A DNA stretch of 63,428 bases, counting the filler, from Nitrospinota bacterium (GTDB lineage Bacteria > JAUXIQ01), in assembly GCA_030620925.1 (NCBI GenBank). It is 13 parts of 13 records of this genome, joined end to end, with 100 filler letters (N's around TTAATTAATTAA, not from the genome) between each part and the next. Parts side by side here need not be neighbours in the genome. Positions count along the whole stretch, not along the records: positions 41,943 to 47,921 come from JAUXIQ010000143.1; positions 48,022 to 52,796 come from JAUXIQ010000200.1; positions 52,897 to 63,428 come from JAUXIQ010000035.1; 10 more parts are not named here. The stretch is one strand, 5' to 3'. The notes beneath the pieces were generated by a model that saw only the letters and a program-made list of their open reading frames with translations, did not search any database and was not told the origin of the DNA. Made by a program: the position numbers and the translations under genes. Positions 46,100 to 55,566 of the stretch are shown in pieces. Every line of letters starts with the position of its first letter. The first letter of the stretch is position 1.

Positions 46100-47218
46100 C
46101 TACTTCTCTGTCTTGCTGAGAGGTTCGAACTGGATGAAAAGGCGTCCCGATTCGCTGGATTTGTCCAGCCCTTCAACGTGGTCAAAGACATGAATTGAGA
46201 ATTGGGTTACTCTCTCAAAAACTGAGTCGGTTATTGTTCTGGAAGGGGTAATCAGTACCCTGCGAAACTCCACTGTCCAACGACCATCTTCCCAGCGCCC
46301 CTTTGCCGCCACTTCTCCCGCATCACCGGTGAGTTTGGCGGGCTTATATTGAGGTGCTATAAGTAGTGGGGTCTGAGCAGCGTGAGCGGTCTGCGGGCTC
46401 AGGATGTTTGAACCCTGCTTATTATCCGGGGCAGGATGTTTAGTAGTAAACTCGGGCCTCCGCTTTCTATTAATAGGATCCGGTTGGTACCTGACGTAAA
46501 CTTCCCTTTCCAGGGGAGTTCTCTTGTACATCCTTTTGAGTTCTTGCCAGGGTTTTGTCAGAATATCCGGCCTGCGGTCTATGAACTTTAGATCCCAGAG
46601 GATGTTTTTATTCCTGCTGGTGTACTTGGTAAAACCCAGACCTGGAACCGATCGGTTCAGGACGCTACCGTCGACATCTACTGCCTGACCCAGAGGATCG
46701 CTGCGTGCCGCCAGCCAAAGCCAGCCGTCGAAATCGTAAGTGTATCCGGAGAGCAGTGAGGGGGTCCAATCACAGCCGCCCTCTATGCTCACAAAAAGAG
46801 AGTCTTCCACTTGTTTGCCTTCAACGTAGCGTCCGAGCTTTTGGTTCCAGACCCAGGGTCGGTGTTGATCGTCTTTGGTTGCGTCGGGCCAGCTCACCAG
46901 GAGAAAAACCTCCTTGTCAGTGTAGACCGCCTTAATGGTGGCTTCACGCACCGAGCCGTATGTCAGGGGCACGGTAAGGCTTTCCGCCTGGGACCAAACA
47001 GGGTCACTCCCTTTACCGTCAATAGTCGGCACGGCCTTTACGCGGGCGGCTTTAAGTATGAGAGCTTCATCGAAGCCCTCAGGCTGCCAGGGTTCGTTTT
47101 CCACTTCAATGAGCAGGACCTCATCATTGATTTGGCGCTGGCTCACATCCCCGCGAGCCGTGATGGCCCAGTTAAGAATAATAAGCGTGGCAACCAGAAT
47201 AAAAGCTATCACTCTCAT
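46100..47218 (-). CDS. Exported ethylbenzene dehydrogenase gamma-like (DOMON, heme b-binding) domain protein
   Basis: Signal peptide, PTIDG..DPVW, KAVYT...FLLVSWPDAT, DGWLW.AARS, AKGRWEDGRWTVEFRR. Confidence 0.8.
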   Translation of the reverse strand: MRVIAFILVATLIILNWAITARGDVSQRQINDEVLLIEVENEPWQPEGFDEALILKAARVKAVPTIDGKGSDPVWSQAESLTVPLTYGSVREATIKAVYTDKEVFLLVSWPDATKDDQHRPWVWNQKLGRYVEGKQVEDSLFVSIEGGCDWTPSLLSGYTYDFDGWLWLAARSDPLGQAVDVDGSVLNRSVPGLGFTKYTSRNKNILWDLKFIDRRPDILTKPWQELKRMYKRTPLEREVYVRYQPDPINRKRRPEFTTKHPAPDNKQGSNILSPQTAHAAQTPLLIAPQYKPAKLTGDAGEVAAKGRWEDGRWTVEFRRVLITPSRTITDSVFERVTQFSIHVFDHVEGLDKSSESGRLFIQFEPLSKTEK

Positions 47219-47233
47219 GATTCCATCCTCTTA

Positions 47234-47920
47234 TTAGAAAGCTCCACCGCCGTGCATATGCCCGACTCGGCAGCCAGTTTGATCTTCTGATTGCCCATGG
47301 CCAGCCATAGTGTGACAGAAGGTGCACCAGGCGCCCCATCTATGGTCCCCCTGGGTTCCAGTGCTGCAGTCTCCGCCGGTATTCATGGTGGTGCCCACAA
47401 AGCAGGGAAGCGTGTATGTAGTGGAGCCGTACCTGGTAAAATCACCCGATTCAAATCCTGAACCTGCCCCGCCACCAACCGCCATGGTAACTCCGGCAAC
47501 AGTAACTTCCGCCTTGAGGTGATAGATGTTGTCAGAGCCGTGTGGGTCGTGGCAAGTAGTGCATGGAAATGCTGCATAAGCTCCTGTTGCCGGTAACTCT
47601 GAGCCGGGATTATCATTCCAGGGTGTCTTCACCGTGCCTCTTGTAGTTGAAAGGCTTCCTTGTACGCTACCATGATAATCGGCGACGCCCCAAGCATCAG
47701 CTATGTTTTCCATGACTATATTTCCGGTAGGGGTCCCATCATCAGTGGACATTGTCACTCCAGCAGGTGTAGTACCGTCGTGGCAGGTCAGGCAGAAGTC
47801 CACCATGTCAGGCTCTTGCGGGCAAGAGGGGCTGCAAGTAGAGGGGTTAGCTGTGTCCCGGGGATTTGTGGGATCGTACGTTTCCGCAAGGGCAGTATCA
47901 TTGTAAGTAAAGTTATAGCC
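47234..47920 (-). CDS. Multiheme c-type cytochrome, C-terminal part
   Basis: CLTCH, CTTCHDPHGS and CTFCH, plus terminal CRVGHMH. The frame is open to the linker. Confidence 0.88.
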   Translation of the reverse strand, partial: GYNFTYNDTALAETYDPTNPRDTANPSTCSPSCPQEPDMVDFCLTCHDGTTPAGVTMSTDDGTPTGNIVMENIADAWGVADYHGSVQGSLSTTRGTVKTPWNDNPGSELPATGAYAAFPCTTCHDPHGSDNIYHLKAEVTVAGVTMAVGGGAGSGFESGDFTRYGSTTYTLPCFVGTTMNTGGDCSTGTQGDHRWGAWCTFCHTMAGHGQSEDQTGCRVGHMHGGGAF

Positions 47921-47921
47921 A

Positions 47922-48021
47922 NNNNNNNNNNNNNNNNNNNNNNNNNNNNNNNNNNNNNNNNNNNNTTAATTAATTAANNNNNNNNNNNNNNNNNNNNNNN
48001 NNNNNNNNNNNNNNNNNNNNN
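47922..48021. other. Artificial contig linker
   Basis: N44-TTAATTAATTAA-N44. Confidence 0.99.
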
Positions 48022-49134
48022 ATAGATTATCCCGCAGCCTGCATCGACCAGTGTGCAGCTCCGGGTAGAACTCTCTGGTTTCCAGAGCGGTTGAGCGAAG
48101 GCTTCCGCCAGCCTGGAGGAGGGGAGGCCGATCTTGAGAATTACGGCATGTTCGTCGTCGGCGCTCTGCTTGATCGCCCTTATTCTCTCCCAGAGCCTGC
48201 GGTCGTTTTCCCTGCTTTCTATATCGATGGCGCCCTGTTCCGCACAGGTTTGGTGCGTATCTTTTAGCTGTCGGCGGACGCTGTCTTCAAAACCGTGAAA
48301 GGAGGTGAGCAGAGTGCAGCAACCCTCACGGTGGGGTATGATATCTTCGATTTCCGTGAGAGCGACCGTTTCATGATCCAGGAGCACGATCCTCGCCGGG
48401 GATAGCTGTGATGAGCGCAGTCGGTCGGCGGCAGCCAGGGCGGGGCCGGGTGCCTTGAACAGAGCCGCACAGGTGGCTTCCCGTTCGGGCAGCGGAAACA
48501 GCTTCATCGTGGCCTCCTCCAGGAGGCACAGCGTACCCCTGGAGCCGATGAGGAATCGGCTGATGTCGTAGCCGGCAACATTTTTAACCACCTTGCCTCC
48601 GAAGTTTCCTCTTCGGCCGTCGGTGGCGATTATCCCGGCCCCCAGTATCAGATCGCGCAGACCGCCGTACAGCAGGCGGAGGGGCCCGTTGCTGTTGCTG
48701 CAAAGCGTGCCGCCCAGGGTGGTCTTGCCGCAGGGTGGGTCCAGAGGCAGATATTGCTTTTCCCGGGCCAGTGCGTCGTTCAGCGAAGTCAGTAATATCC
48801 CTGCCTGGGCGGTGACGGTGAAGTTGGGGACGTCGTGGTCGGATATCCGGTCGAGCTTCCGGGTGGAAAGAGCCAGGTATTCGTCGCCGGGGGGAAGGCC
48901 GGTGTTGAGCTTGGTGCCCGAGCCGGCTATGACCAGTTTCCCTCCGCATTGTGCGGCCGCCTCCATTATTTCAGGCAGAACGCGCGCTTCACCGGTGTTC
49001 ACCACTGCTGCCGGGGGCGCCCCCGAAACGGAATACCGCCCGAGGGATGCGGGTTCGCTGTCCAGGGCTTCCGAGCCTGCGATTTCTTTCACTCTAAAGA
49101 GAAACGCCTCTCTTTCCGACATGGTTTCAAACAC
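48022..49134 (-). CDS. glcE: Glycolate oxidase FAD-binding subunit GlcE-like, 3'-truncated
   Basis: GSGTK, LPLDPP, TLGG...GPLRLLYG..RD, GGKVVKNVAGYD, GSRGTL. Confidence 0.88.
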
Positions 49135-50581
49135 CTCGTACCAGGAGGGGGAATATTTTGCGCGGGTTGCAGATGTCTTTTGGGTCCATGGCCTCTTTGG
49201 GCATCCTCATGATCGCCAGGTCGTCCGGTGAGAAGAGCATGGCCATCTCATTCTGTTTTTCGATCCCTACGCCGTGTTCGCCGGTGATGCTTCCCCCGAC
49301 CCGTATGCACACCTCCAGAATCTCTATTCCCGCTCGCAATACCCGGCCTTTTTCGTCCTCATCGGAAGAGTCGAAGACGATGAGTGGGTGAAGGTTCCCG
49401 TCACCGGCATGGAACACGTTGCACACGGTAAGGCGGTGTCGGCTGCAAATATCGTTAACCTCGGCCAGAACCTCAGGGAGTTTCTGGCGGGGCACGGTGC
49501 CGTCCATTATGTAACAATCCGGTTTCAGCCTGGCCACTGCGCCGAAGGCGCCTCGCCGGCCCGCCCACAGGAGGGCGCTTTCTTCTTGGGTGGCGGCCGT
49601 TTTTATGTCCAGAGCGCGGTGTGATCTGCACACTTCCACCACCCCGGGGGATGTCCTGTTCAGCTCTTCTTTAAGGCCGTCCAGCTCTATCATCAGGACC
49701 GCTTCCGCGCGTGAAGGATAACCGAAGCTGTGTTTGGCCTCCACCACCATGATGGTGTTGCGGTCCATGATTTCCAGGGTGGCGGGAATTATGCCTGCGG
49801 CGATTATGGAGGAGACGGCGGATGCTGCGTCCACTATTGAATCGAATACGGCCAGCATCGTCCTGGTCTCTTCCGGCAGCCGGGTAATACGCACGGTTAA
49901 CCTGGTGGCCAGCCCCAGCGTCCCTTCAGCACCCACACATAGCGCGGTAAGATCGTACCCGGGGTAATCGTTGGCTTCGCCACCCAGGTGGGCGATTTCC
50001 CCTGAAGGGAGAACCAGCTCCAGCCCCAGGACGTGATTGGTGGTGATGCCGTATTTGAGGCAGTGGGGCCCGCCTGCGTTTTCTGCGGCGTTTCCGCCGA
50101 TGGTTGAGACCTGGTGGCTTGCAGGGTCGGGGACGAAGGTATAGCCCAGCGGCTCCAGCGCATTCTTCAAATCGAGGTTTATGACTCCCGGCTCCACGAC
50201 CGCCCGCTGCCCCGCGGTATCTATTTCCAGGATGCGGTTCATCCTGGAAAAGGCCACTACCACACCGCTTTCGGGGGGTATGGCCCCACCGCTGATGTTT
50301 GTGCCTGAGCCCCTGCCCACGAAGGGGATGCCCTGTTTGTTGCAGAGCTTCACCACCGCTGAGACCTGGGCGCTGCTGTCGGGAAGCACCACGCAGCATG
50401 GCGGTACGCCGGGGAAGATGGAGGCGTCGGAGGAGTAAAGCATGATGTCCGCTTCGGAGTGGAGGACGTGTTCCGCCCCCACTATTTTTTCGAGCTCTGC
50501 GATGAGTCCGCCTTCCGGCAAATCGCTGTCCTCCCTGAACCGGGCTTTTCCCAAGAACTGCGGCAAATTGTTACCTGACAC
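49127..50581 (-). CDS. glcD: Glycolate oxidase subunit GlcD-like
   Basis: RGSGTNISGG, PDPAS, NAGGPHCLKYG, FHAGDGNLHP, GEHGVGIEK. Confidence 0.92.
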   Translation of the reverse strand: MSGNNLPQFLGKARFREDSDLPEGGLIAELEKIVGAEHVLHSEADIMLYSSDASIFPGVPPCCVVLPDSSAQVSAVVKLCNKQGIPFVGRGSGTNISGGAIPPESGVVVAFSRMNRILEIDTAGQRAVVEPGVINLDLKNALEPLGYTFVPDPASHQVSTIGGNAAENAGGPHCLKYGITTNHVLGLELVLPSGEIAHLGGEANDYPGYDLTALCVGAEGTLGLATRLTVRITRLPEETRTMLAVFDSIVDAASAVSSIIAAGIIPATLEIMDRNTIMVVEAKHSFGYPSRAEAVLMIELDGLKEELNRTSPGVVEVCRSHRALDIKTAATQEESALLWAGRRGAFGAVARLKPDCYIMDGTVPRQKLPEVLAEVNDICSRHRLTVCNVFHAGDGNLHPLIVFDSSDEDEKGRVLRAGIEILEVCIRVGGSITGEHGVGIEKQNEMAMLFSPDDLAIMRMPKEAMDPKDICNPRKIFPLLVRGV

Positions 50582-50752
50582 CCATGAAATTCATCATAGC
50601 ACCTGAAAATTGGAAGCGGCAAGGGTTAATGACCGACAGGATCGGCTCGAAATGTCGGTTGTCAAAAAGCGAGGTATCGGATATTGTGTGATTAGGATTA
50701 TATATAACGAGCGATGAGGTTTGATCGCACCAATTCTGAGGAGGACTCACTG

Positions 50753-50968
50753 ATGGAGGAATCACGGGTCGAGCTCGAAAAAGTCTTGAAAGAGGATTTC
50801 TACTGCCAGTGCGGGACGTGGGTTTACACTCCGCAGATGAACCAGAAGGTCAGGGACGATAAGGGAGAAGAAATTGAGGCCATAGGCGAGGGGTGTCTGC
50901 TGAACGACGATGGGGGCGATTATCTGGAATGCCCCGACTGCAAACATAAGTACTATCTCCTGAAATGA
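50753..50968 (+). CDS. Small acidic zinc-finger-like hypothetical protein
   Basis: GAGGAGG RBS, CQCG and CPDC motifs, 71 aa. Confidence 0.65.
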   Translation: MEESRVELEKVLKEDFYCQCGTWVYTPQMNQKVRDDKGEEIEAIGEGCLLNDDGGDYLECPDCKHKYYLLK

Positions 50969-51077
50969 GTCTTACTCGCCGTCACCACATCTTCGAAACT
51001 TTCTTGTATAATCAGGGATGGCTTAAAAACGATTAATCGGGTTATAAGACCACTCATCTTGTGAATTGGGAATCGAT

Positions 51078-51701
51078 ATGGGCGTGGGTCCGGAAACATT
51101 GAGCGAGGAAAGCATCGTTAAACTCCTTCAGGGGAGGAAGCGGAAGACCATAAGCGATAAGCGCCTGAAGCTCGCCGCCGTGTTCGTACCCATGTTCATC
51201 AAAGACGGGGAATACCTCGTCCTCCTCACCCGCCGGACTTACAAGGTCAGGACTCATAAGGGGCAGATAAGCTTCCCGGGGGGCGGGTTCCATTCCGGTG
51301 AGGACTCCGATATGCTGGACACCGCCCTGCGGGAGACGGAGGAAGAGGTGGGCATACTGAAGGGCGACCTGAGTGTTCTCGGCCCACTGGACGATATCAG
51401 GACCCACAGCAGCGGATTCATCATAACCCCTTACGTGGGGATTTTCCCTTATCCTTACGATTTCAACGTCAACGACTTCGAGATAAATGAGCTTATCGAA
51501 GTTCCGCTGTCCACCCTGCTGGATGAGAGGAATTTCAAGGAGGAATCGTGGGTCATAGAGGGGCAGCCCTACCATGCTAATTTGTACCGATGCGGTGATG
51601 TTATAATATGGGGCGCCACGGCCCGCATCCTTAATCATTTCCTGGGCCTTTTGCGGGAAATACTTCCCGATGAAGAGGAGAAACGGGAGGGGACGGTTTG
51701 A
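51078..51701 (+). CDS. Nudix hydrolase, CoA pyrophosphatase type
   Basis: LLTRR...HKGQISFPGG, TALRETEEEVG, IIWGATARIL. Confidence 0.92.
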   Translation: MGVGPETLSEESIVKLLQGRKRKTISDKRLKLAAVFVPMFIKDGEYLVLLTRRTYKVRTHKGQISFPGGGFHSGEDSDMLDTALRETEEEVGILKGDLSVLGPLDDIRTHSSGFIITPYVGIFPYPYDFNVNDFEINELIEVPLSTLLDERNFKEESWVIEGQPYHANLYRCGDVIIWGATARILNHFLGLLREILPDEEEKREGTV

Positions 51702-52264
51702 AATGGGTTGAGCTGAGGCGGCACAGCCTTGTTGATAAAGAGAAAAATTTAACGCCTGATGGGATAGACCTCGCTAAATGGGTGAGAGCGCAGCTGAGCC
51801 TCAACTACGACGTTTACATCTGCAGCCCGCTGGTCCGCTGCCACCAGACTATGGAAGCCTTCGGCTTCAAAAAGTATGAGGTCGATGAAGCGTTTATCGT
51901 ATTGTCGGGAGAGAGGCTCAAGCCGATCATGCCCCGGGTGAATGAGATAATTGCAGAAAAGGGTGTGGGCCTGCTGGAGGCTTTTTTTCAGGTCCCGGAG
52001 GCATTGGCGGTGATCGGGGAGTGGGGTGGGGAATGCCTGGAGGGGATAAGGAGAGTGGCCCGTGATCTGCCGGAGGGGGGATCGGCCCTGGTCGTTTCCC
52101 ACGGCGGAACAATTGAGCCGGCGGCGCTTCTGGCCAAAGGGACGTGGGATTTGGAGGCCATCGGCGGGCCGTTAAAAGAGTGTGAGGGGATCATCTTCAA
52201 GTTTGAAGGGGATGAGATTATCGATATTTACACAGCTCGAATCAAGAGGTGGAAAAATGGCTGA
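51698..52264 (+). CDS. Histidine phosphatase (phosphoglycerate mutase) family protein
   Basis: RRHS, SPLVRCHQT, LVVSHGG. The TTG start overlaps the Nudix stop. Confidence 0.8.
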   Translation: MKWVELRRHSLVDKEKNLTPDGIDLAKWVRAQLSLNYDVYICSPLVRCHQTMEAFGFKKYEVDEAFIVLSGERLKPIMPRVNEIIAEKGVGLLEAFFQVPEALAVIGEWGGECLEGIRRVARDLPEGGSALVVSHGGTIEPAALLAKGTWDLEAIGGPLKECEGIIFKFEGDEIIDIYTARIKRWKNG

Positions 52265-52640
52265 TCTGGCGGAAAAGAAGGCTTATCTGAAAGAGATGAT
52301 GGAGAGCAGGGGCTATATTTTTGATCTGCACAAGATTCTGGCTGCCGAGGATTTCGATTTTCTGCAAAAATACCAGGAGATTTCTCAAATCGCATACACC
52401 GATGAGAGGCTGCTGGACAGGAAGACCAAGGAGCTGATATTCATCGCCATACTGACCATCAAGGGAGCATCGTTGAACCATATCAAGACGCACATGGAGG
52501 CTGTCATTAAGGCCGGTGGCAGCAAGGAGGAGATACTTCAGGTGCTGGAGCTGACGTTCCTCCCCGGGGGGGCGGTTAGCTTCCTGCACGCTTTCGATGC
52601 CTTCAAAGAGTTCTGCTCACCGGACATGATCGAGCCTTAG
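52257..52640 (+). CDS. Carboxymuconolactone decarboxylase/AhpD-like family protein
   Basis: LDRKTKELIFIA...HIKTH...AGGSKEEILQVL. No CxxC. Confidence 0.85.
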   Translation: MADLAEKKAYLKEMMESRGYIFDLHKILAAEDFDFLQKYQEISQIAYTDERLLDRKTKELIFIAILTIKGASLNHIKTHMEAVIKAGGSKEEILQVLELTFLPGGAVSFLHAFDAFKEFCSPDMIEP

Positions 52641-52654
52641 CAGCTACCACCAAT

Positions 52655-52677
52655 GTAGGAGCGCCTTCCAGGCGCGA
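52655..52677 (+). repeat. GTAG-type REP without insert
   Basis: GTAGGAGCGCCTTCCAGGCGCGA, identical to 33920..33942. Confidence 0.8.
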
Positions 52678-52796
52678 ATAGAACGGCGCATAAAGAGGCC
52701 ATTCCCAAAAGTTTTGGGAGGCGAAGCGGGCGGTTAATAGATTCGTAAAAAAAGGTTAATACAGCGAAGCGCCAGAAACTGCTCTATTTTTAAAAC

Positions 52797-52896
52797 NNNN
52801 NNNNNNNNNNNNNNNNNNNNNNNNNNNNNNNNNNNNNNNNTTAATTAATTAANNNNNNNNNNNNNNNNNNNNNNNNNNNNNNNNNNNNNNNNNNNN
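52797..52896. other. Artificial contig linker
   Basis: N44-TTAATTAATTAA-N44. Confidence 0.99.
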
Positions 52897-52954
52897 ATGC
52901 GTTCATTGCTTTGGGGTTGCAAATGGAGAGGTTGGCGGAGACTTTCGGCAGAGC

Positions 52955-54481
52955 TTATCGAGATCTTTTTTTTCTATTTTTATTAACCATTAAGGCTATT
53001 TCTTTCATGGGATTCTTGAGAATATTTGCGCTTATTTGCACCTCTTTTATATCGATAATTTCCAGCAGGCGGTCGCAGCCGTTGAGCCTGTCCCAACAAT
53101 AGCGTACGATATCCAGCCCATCGAGATGCGTTTTTTCGGCCAGGAAGTTTATTGCGCCGTGAGAAAAGCTGAGCTTTATGCCGGAGGTGTTAAAAAACTG
53201 GCCGATGAAATCTTCGAGAGGTTTTATGACCAGTACCCTTTTCAGAGTCTTTTGAGGGTTATTAACAGTATCTTTTGATATTGAGAGCTCGTGGATGTTT
53301 TTACCCGGAAGTTCGTATTTGAAATCCGCCAATGCCTTTTCACAAACGGTCATGAGGCCTCGGGCGCCTGTCTTCTCTTCGTACGCCAGTTGAGCGATGC
53401 GTTTCAGGGCTTCATCGGTGAAATTTAAATCGACGTCTATCAGCGAGAAATCGTGTACGTGCTGTCTTGTGATTGCGCAATGGGAATGCTGGAGGATTGA
53501 GTAGAAGTCTTCCACATCGAGGTCCTCGAGGATGACCCTGACAGGCAGCCGACCCACCAGCTCCTGGATGAGGCCGTATTCCACAAAATCTTCTGTGGTT
53601 ACATGGGGGAGGTAGTCGGTTTTTTCGCTCTCCGAGTGTACTTCACCCTTGAAACCGACCCGCTTGCTGTGCATGCGTTTTTTTATGATATCAGGCAGCC
53701 CCGGGAAGGCCCCTCCTACTATGAACAGTATGTTTCTGGTGTTTATGGTGGGACGTCTGCCTTTTCCGCCGGCCATGATACCCTGCATCATGGAGACGGG
53801 ATCGCTGGTGCTCACCAATTCGACTTCGGTTTCTTCCATGGGTTTAAGGAGCTCGGTCTGGACTCCTGTGCCGGTAATATCACGGCCCATAATGGTGCTG
53901 TCTGTAGCGATTTTGTCGATCTCATCGACAAATATCATGCCGCACTCGGCCAGTTTAATGTTGCCTTCCGCTTCTCGCACCAAGTCCCGGACGAGGTTTT
54001 CCACGTCTTCACCCACGTAACCTGTCTTGCTGAGTTTGGTAGCGTCCCCTAGTACCAGGGGAACACCTAATATCTTGGCCAGGCGCTTGAGGAGGAGGGT
54101 CTTGCCGACACCCGTGTTACCCACCATAATGATGTTGTTCTTCTGATAGTTCTCCTGGCGTATACCGGTCTTGAGCTCCTTTTCGATGTGTCTGTAGTGG
54201 TAAAAAGCTGCATTCGCAAGATACTTCTTGGCGGCATCCTGTTTGATGACATATTTGTCCAGTTCGGCCTTTATATCCCTGGGGGCGAGGTTAAAGTTGA
54301 GCTCGATCTTTTCTTTCGCGGGTTCTTTCTCCACCCCTATTTTGCCCAGTGGCACCTCAGGGCCCGTAACCATTCTGGCGCTGAGCTCCCGTAGGCCGTA
54401 TTTTTCCTGCAATTTCTTGGCGAAATCCTGAATTTCCTTATATATCTCATCCTGGGCATTTTTGTCTTTGTCGTCAGACAT
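52955..54481 (-). CDS. ClpX-like AAA+ ATPase lacking the N-terminal C4 zinc-binding domain
   Basis: GNTGVGKT, GYVGEDVE, FVDEIDK, ILFIVGGAF, VGF loop, ELVGRLP, TGARGL. Confidence 0.88.
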   Translation of the reverse strand: MSDDKDKNAQDEIYKEIQDFAKKLQEKYGLRELSARMVTGPEVPLGKIGVEKEPAKEKIELNFNLAPRDIKAELDKYVIKQDAAKKYLANAAFYHYRHIEKELKTGIRQENYQKNNIIMVGNTGVGKTLLLKRLAKILGVPLVLGDATKLSKTGYVGEDVENLVRDLVREAEGNIKLAECGMIFVDEIDKIATDSTIMGRDITGTGVQTELLKPMEETEVELVSTSDPVSMMQGIMAGGKGRRPTINTRNILFIVGGAFPGLPDIIKKRMHSKRVGFKGEVHSESEKTDYLPHVTTEDFVEYGLIQELVGRLPVRVILEDLDVEDFYSILQHSHCAITRQHVHDFSLIDVDLNFTDEALKRIAQLAYEEKTGARGLMTVCEKALADFKYELPGKNIHELSISKDTVNNPQKTLKRVLVIKPLEDFIGQFFNTSGIKLSFSHGAINFLAEKTHLDGLDIVRYCWDRLNGCDRLLEIIDIKEVQISANILKNPMKEIALMVNKNRKKRSR

Positions 54482-54699
54482 ATTAAATGCTTTCTTTAAA
54501 TATTTTGAGGTAATGGCGGTAGAATTAGAAGAACTGAATAGCTATCTCGTTTAAACGATTCTAATGCGAGATTTTGTCTCTAATAATATATACGGTTATT
54601 AGCGCTTGAAACAAAAGGGGTATTATCGGTTTATTGCAAGGTTATAGGAATTTATTTTGATGCGTTGAGAAGTGTAATTCAAAGGTACCGGTTAAACTT

Positions 54700-55152
54700 C
54701 TAGTCTTCAAGGTAGAGGTAGGTCTCTTCTTTGAGAGAGGAGAGGACGACGTTAGTGAGCGTCCTCGCCACACCTGGTATAGCCCTGATTTTCTTGGAAA
54801 TTATGTTTTCAAGCGTGGCGGTGTTCCTGGTTTTTACCTTGAGGAGGTAGGAGTAGTCGCCGGTGACGTGATGACACTCCAGCACGTCGTCAAGCTTGGT
54901 TACATCCACCACAAAAGCCTCCTCAAAGCTGGGGTTACTTACGTATACGTTAACGAAAGCTGTTAGCTCCTTGCCGATTTTCTTGTCATTAAGGATCGCC
55001 GCGAAACGCTTTACGATGCCTTCGCTGCACAGTTTTTTAACTCTCTCACTGACCGAAGGAGCGGAAAGCCCCACAGTCTTTGCTATATTGGAATGGGCTT
55101 CTCTACCGTTTTCCTGGAGCAAAGTCAAAATTTTAATATCGACGAAATCCAT
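54700..55152 (-). CDS. Lrp/AsnC family transcriptional regulator
   Basis: D.KIL.LLQENGR...VGLSAPSVSERVKKL, ECHHVTGDYSYLLKV. Confidence 0.94.
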   Translation of the reverse strand: MDFVDIKILTLLQENGREAHSNIAKTVGLSAPSVSERVKKLCSEGIVKRFAAILNDKKIGKELTAFVNVYVSNPSFEEAFVVDVTKLDDVLECHHVTGDYSYLLKVKTRNTATLENIISKKIRAIPGVARTLTNVVLSSLKEETYLYLED

Positions 55153-55207
55153 GAAGGTGCCTCCCCCGTATTAAATAATTGAAATAAAAAACACCCTCTC
55201 ATATTTT

Positions 55208-55236
55208 ATAGTAAGGAGAAAAGGATATTTTGTCAA
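55208..55236 (-). promoter_or_regulatory. Sigma70-like promoter of the Lrp gene
   Basis: Minus strand TTGACA-17nt-TACTAT. Confidence 0.55.
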
Positions 55237-55376
55237 ATAATACTTGTATTGCAGGTGAATTTGATTAAAGATTTAAAAATTTTCCAGCTCAAATTGCATG
55301 CAATATCTCCTCTTTAACTTGCCAGAAGGCCGAAAAAAAATTGTAACTTTATCCGCCGAGCTAACATAAGAATAAT

Positions 55377-55405
55377 TTGACAACACACCCATACAACCTT
55401 ATATT
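55377..55405 (+). promoter_or_regulatory. Sigma70-like promoter of the dehydrogenase/aminotransferase genes
   Basis: TTGACA-17nt-TATATT in an AT-rich divergent intergenic region. Confidence 0.6.
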
Positions 55406-55566
55406 ATAAAGGGTATACAGAATATATACTACTATTCTAAGTATGAAATAGTATTATGGTTTATAAAGTAAACCTGTTTGTTTGAGGCTGTCGCCTCTTT
55501 TTTCTTGTGTTCGCTAGGGGCAAAGGTGGTTTTAAAAGTTATCTTTAAAAGTAAAGGAGACCCGAC

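Noticed and set aside
46100-47218. Evidence for ethylbenzene degradation or nitrite oxidation
   Set aside because: Only the widespread heme-b DOMON-type domain is present, with no catalytic subunits beside it.
2864-52896. Twelve identical TTAATTAATTAA motifs flanked by N runs, and ORFs that end in them
   Set aside because: They are artificial contig linkers. The stops are not real gene ends, and genes on either side are not neighbours.
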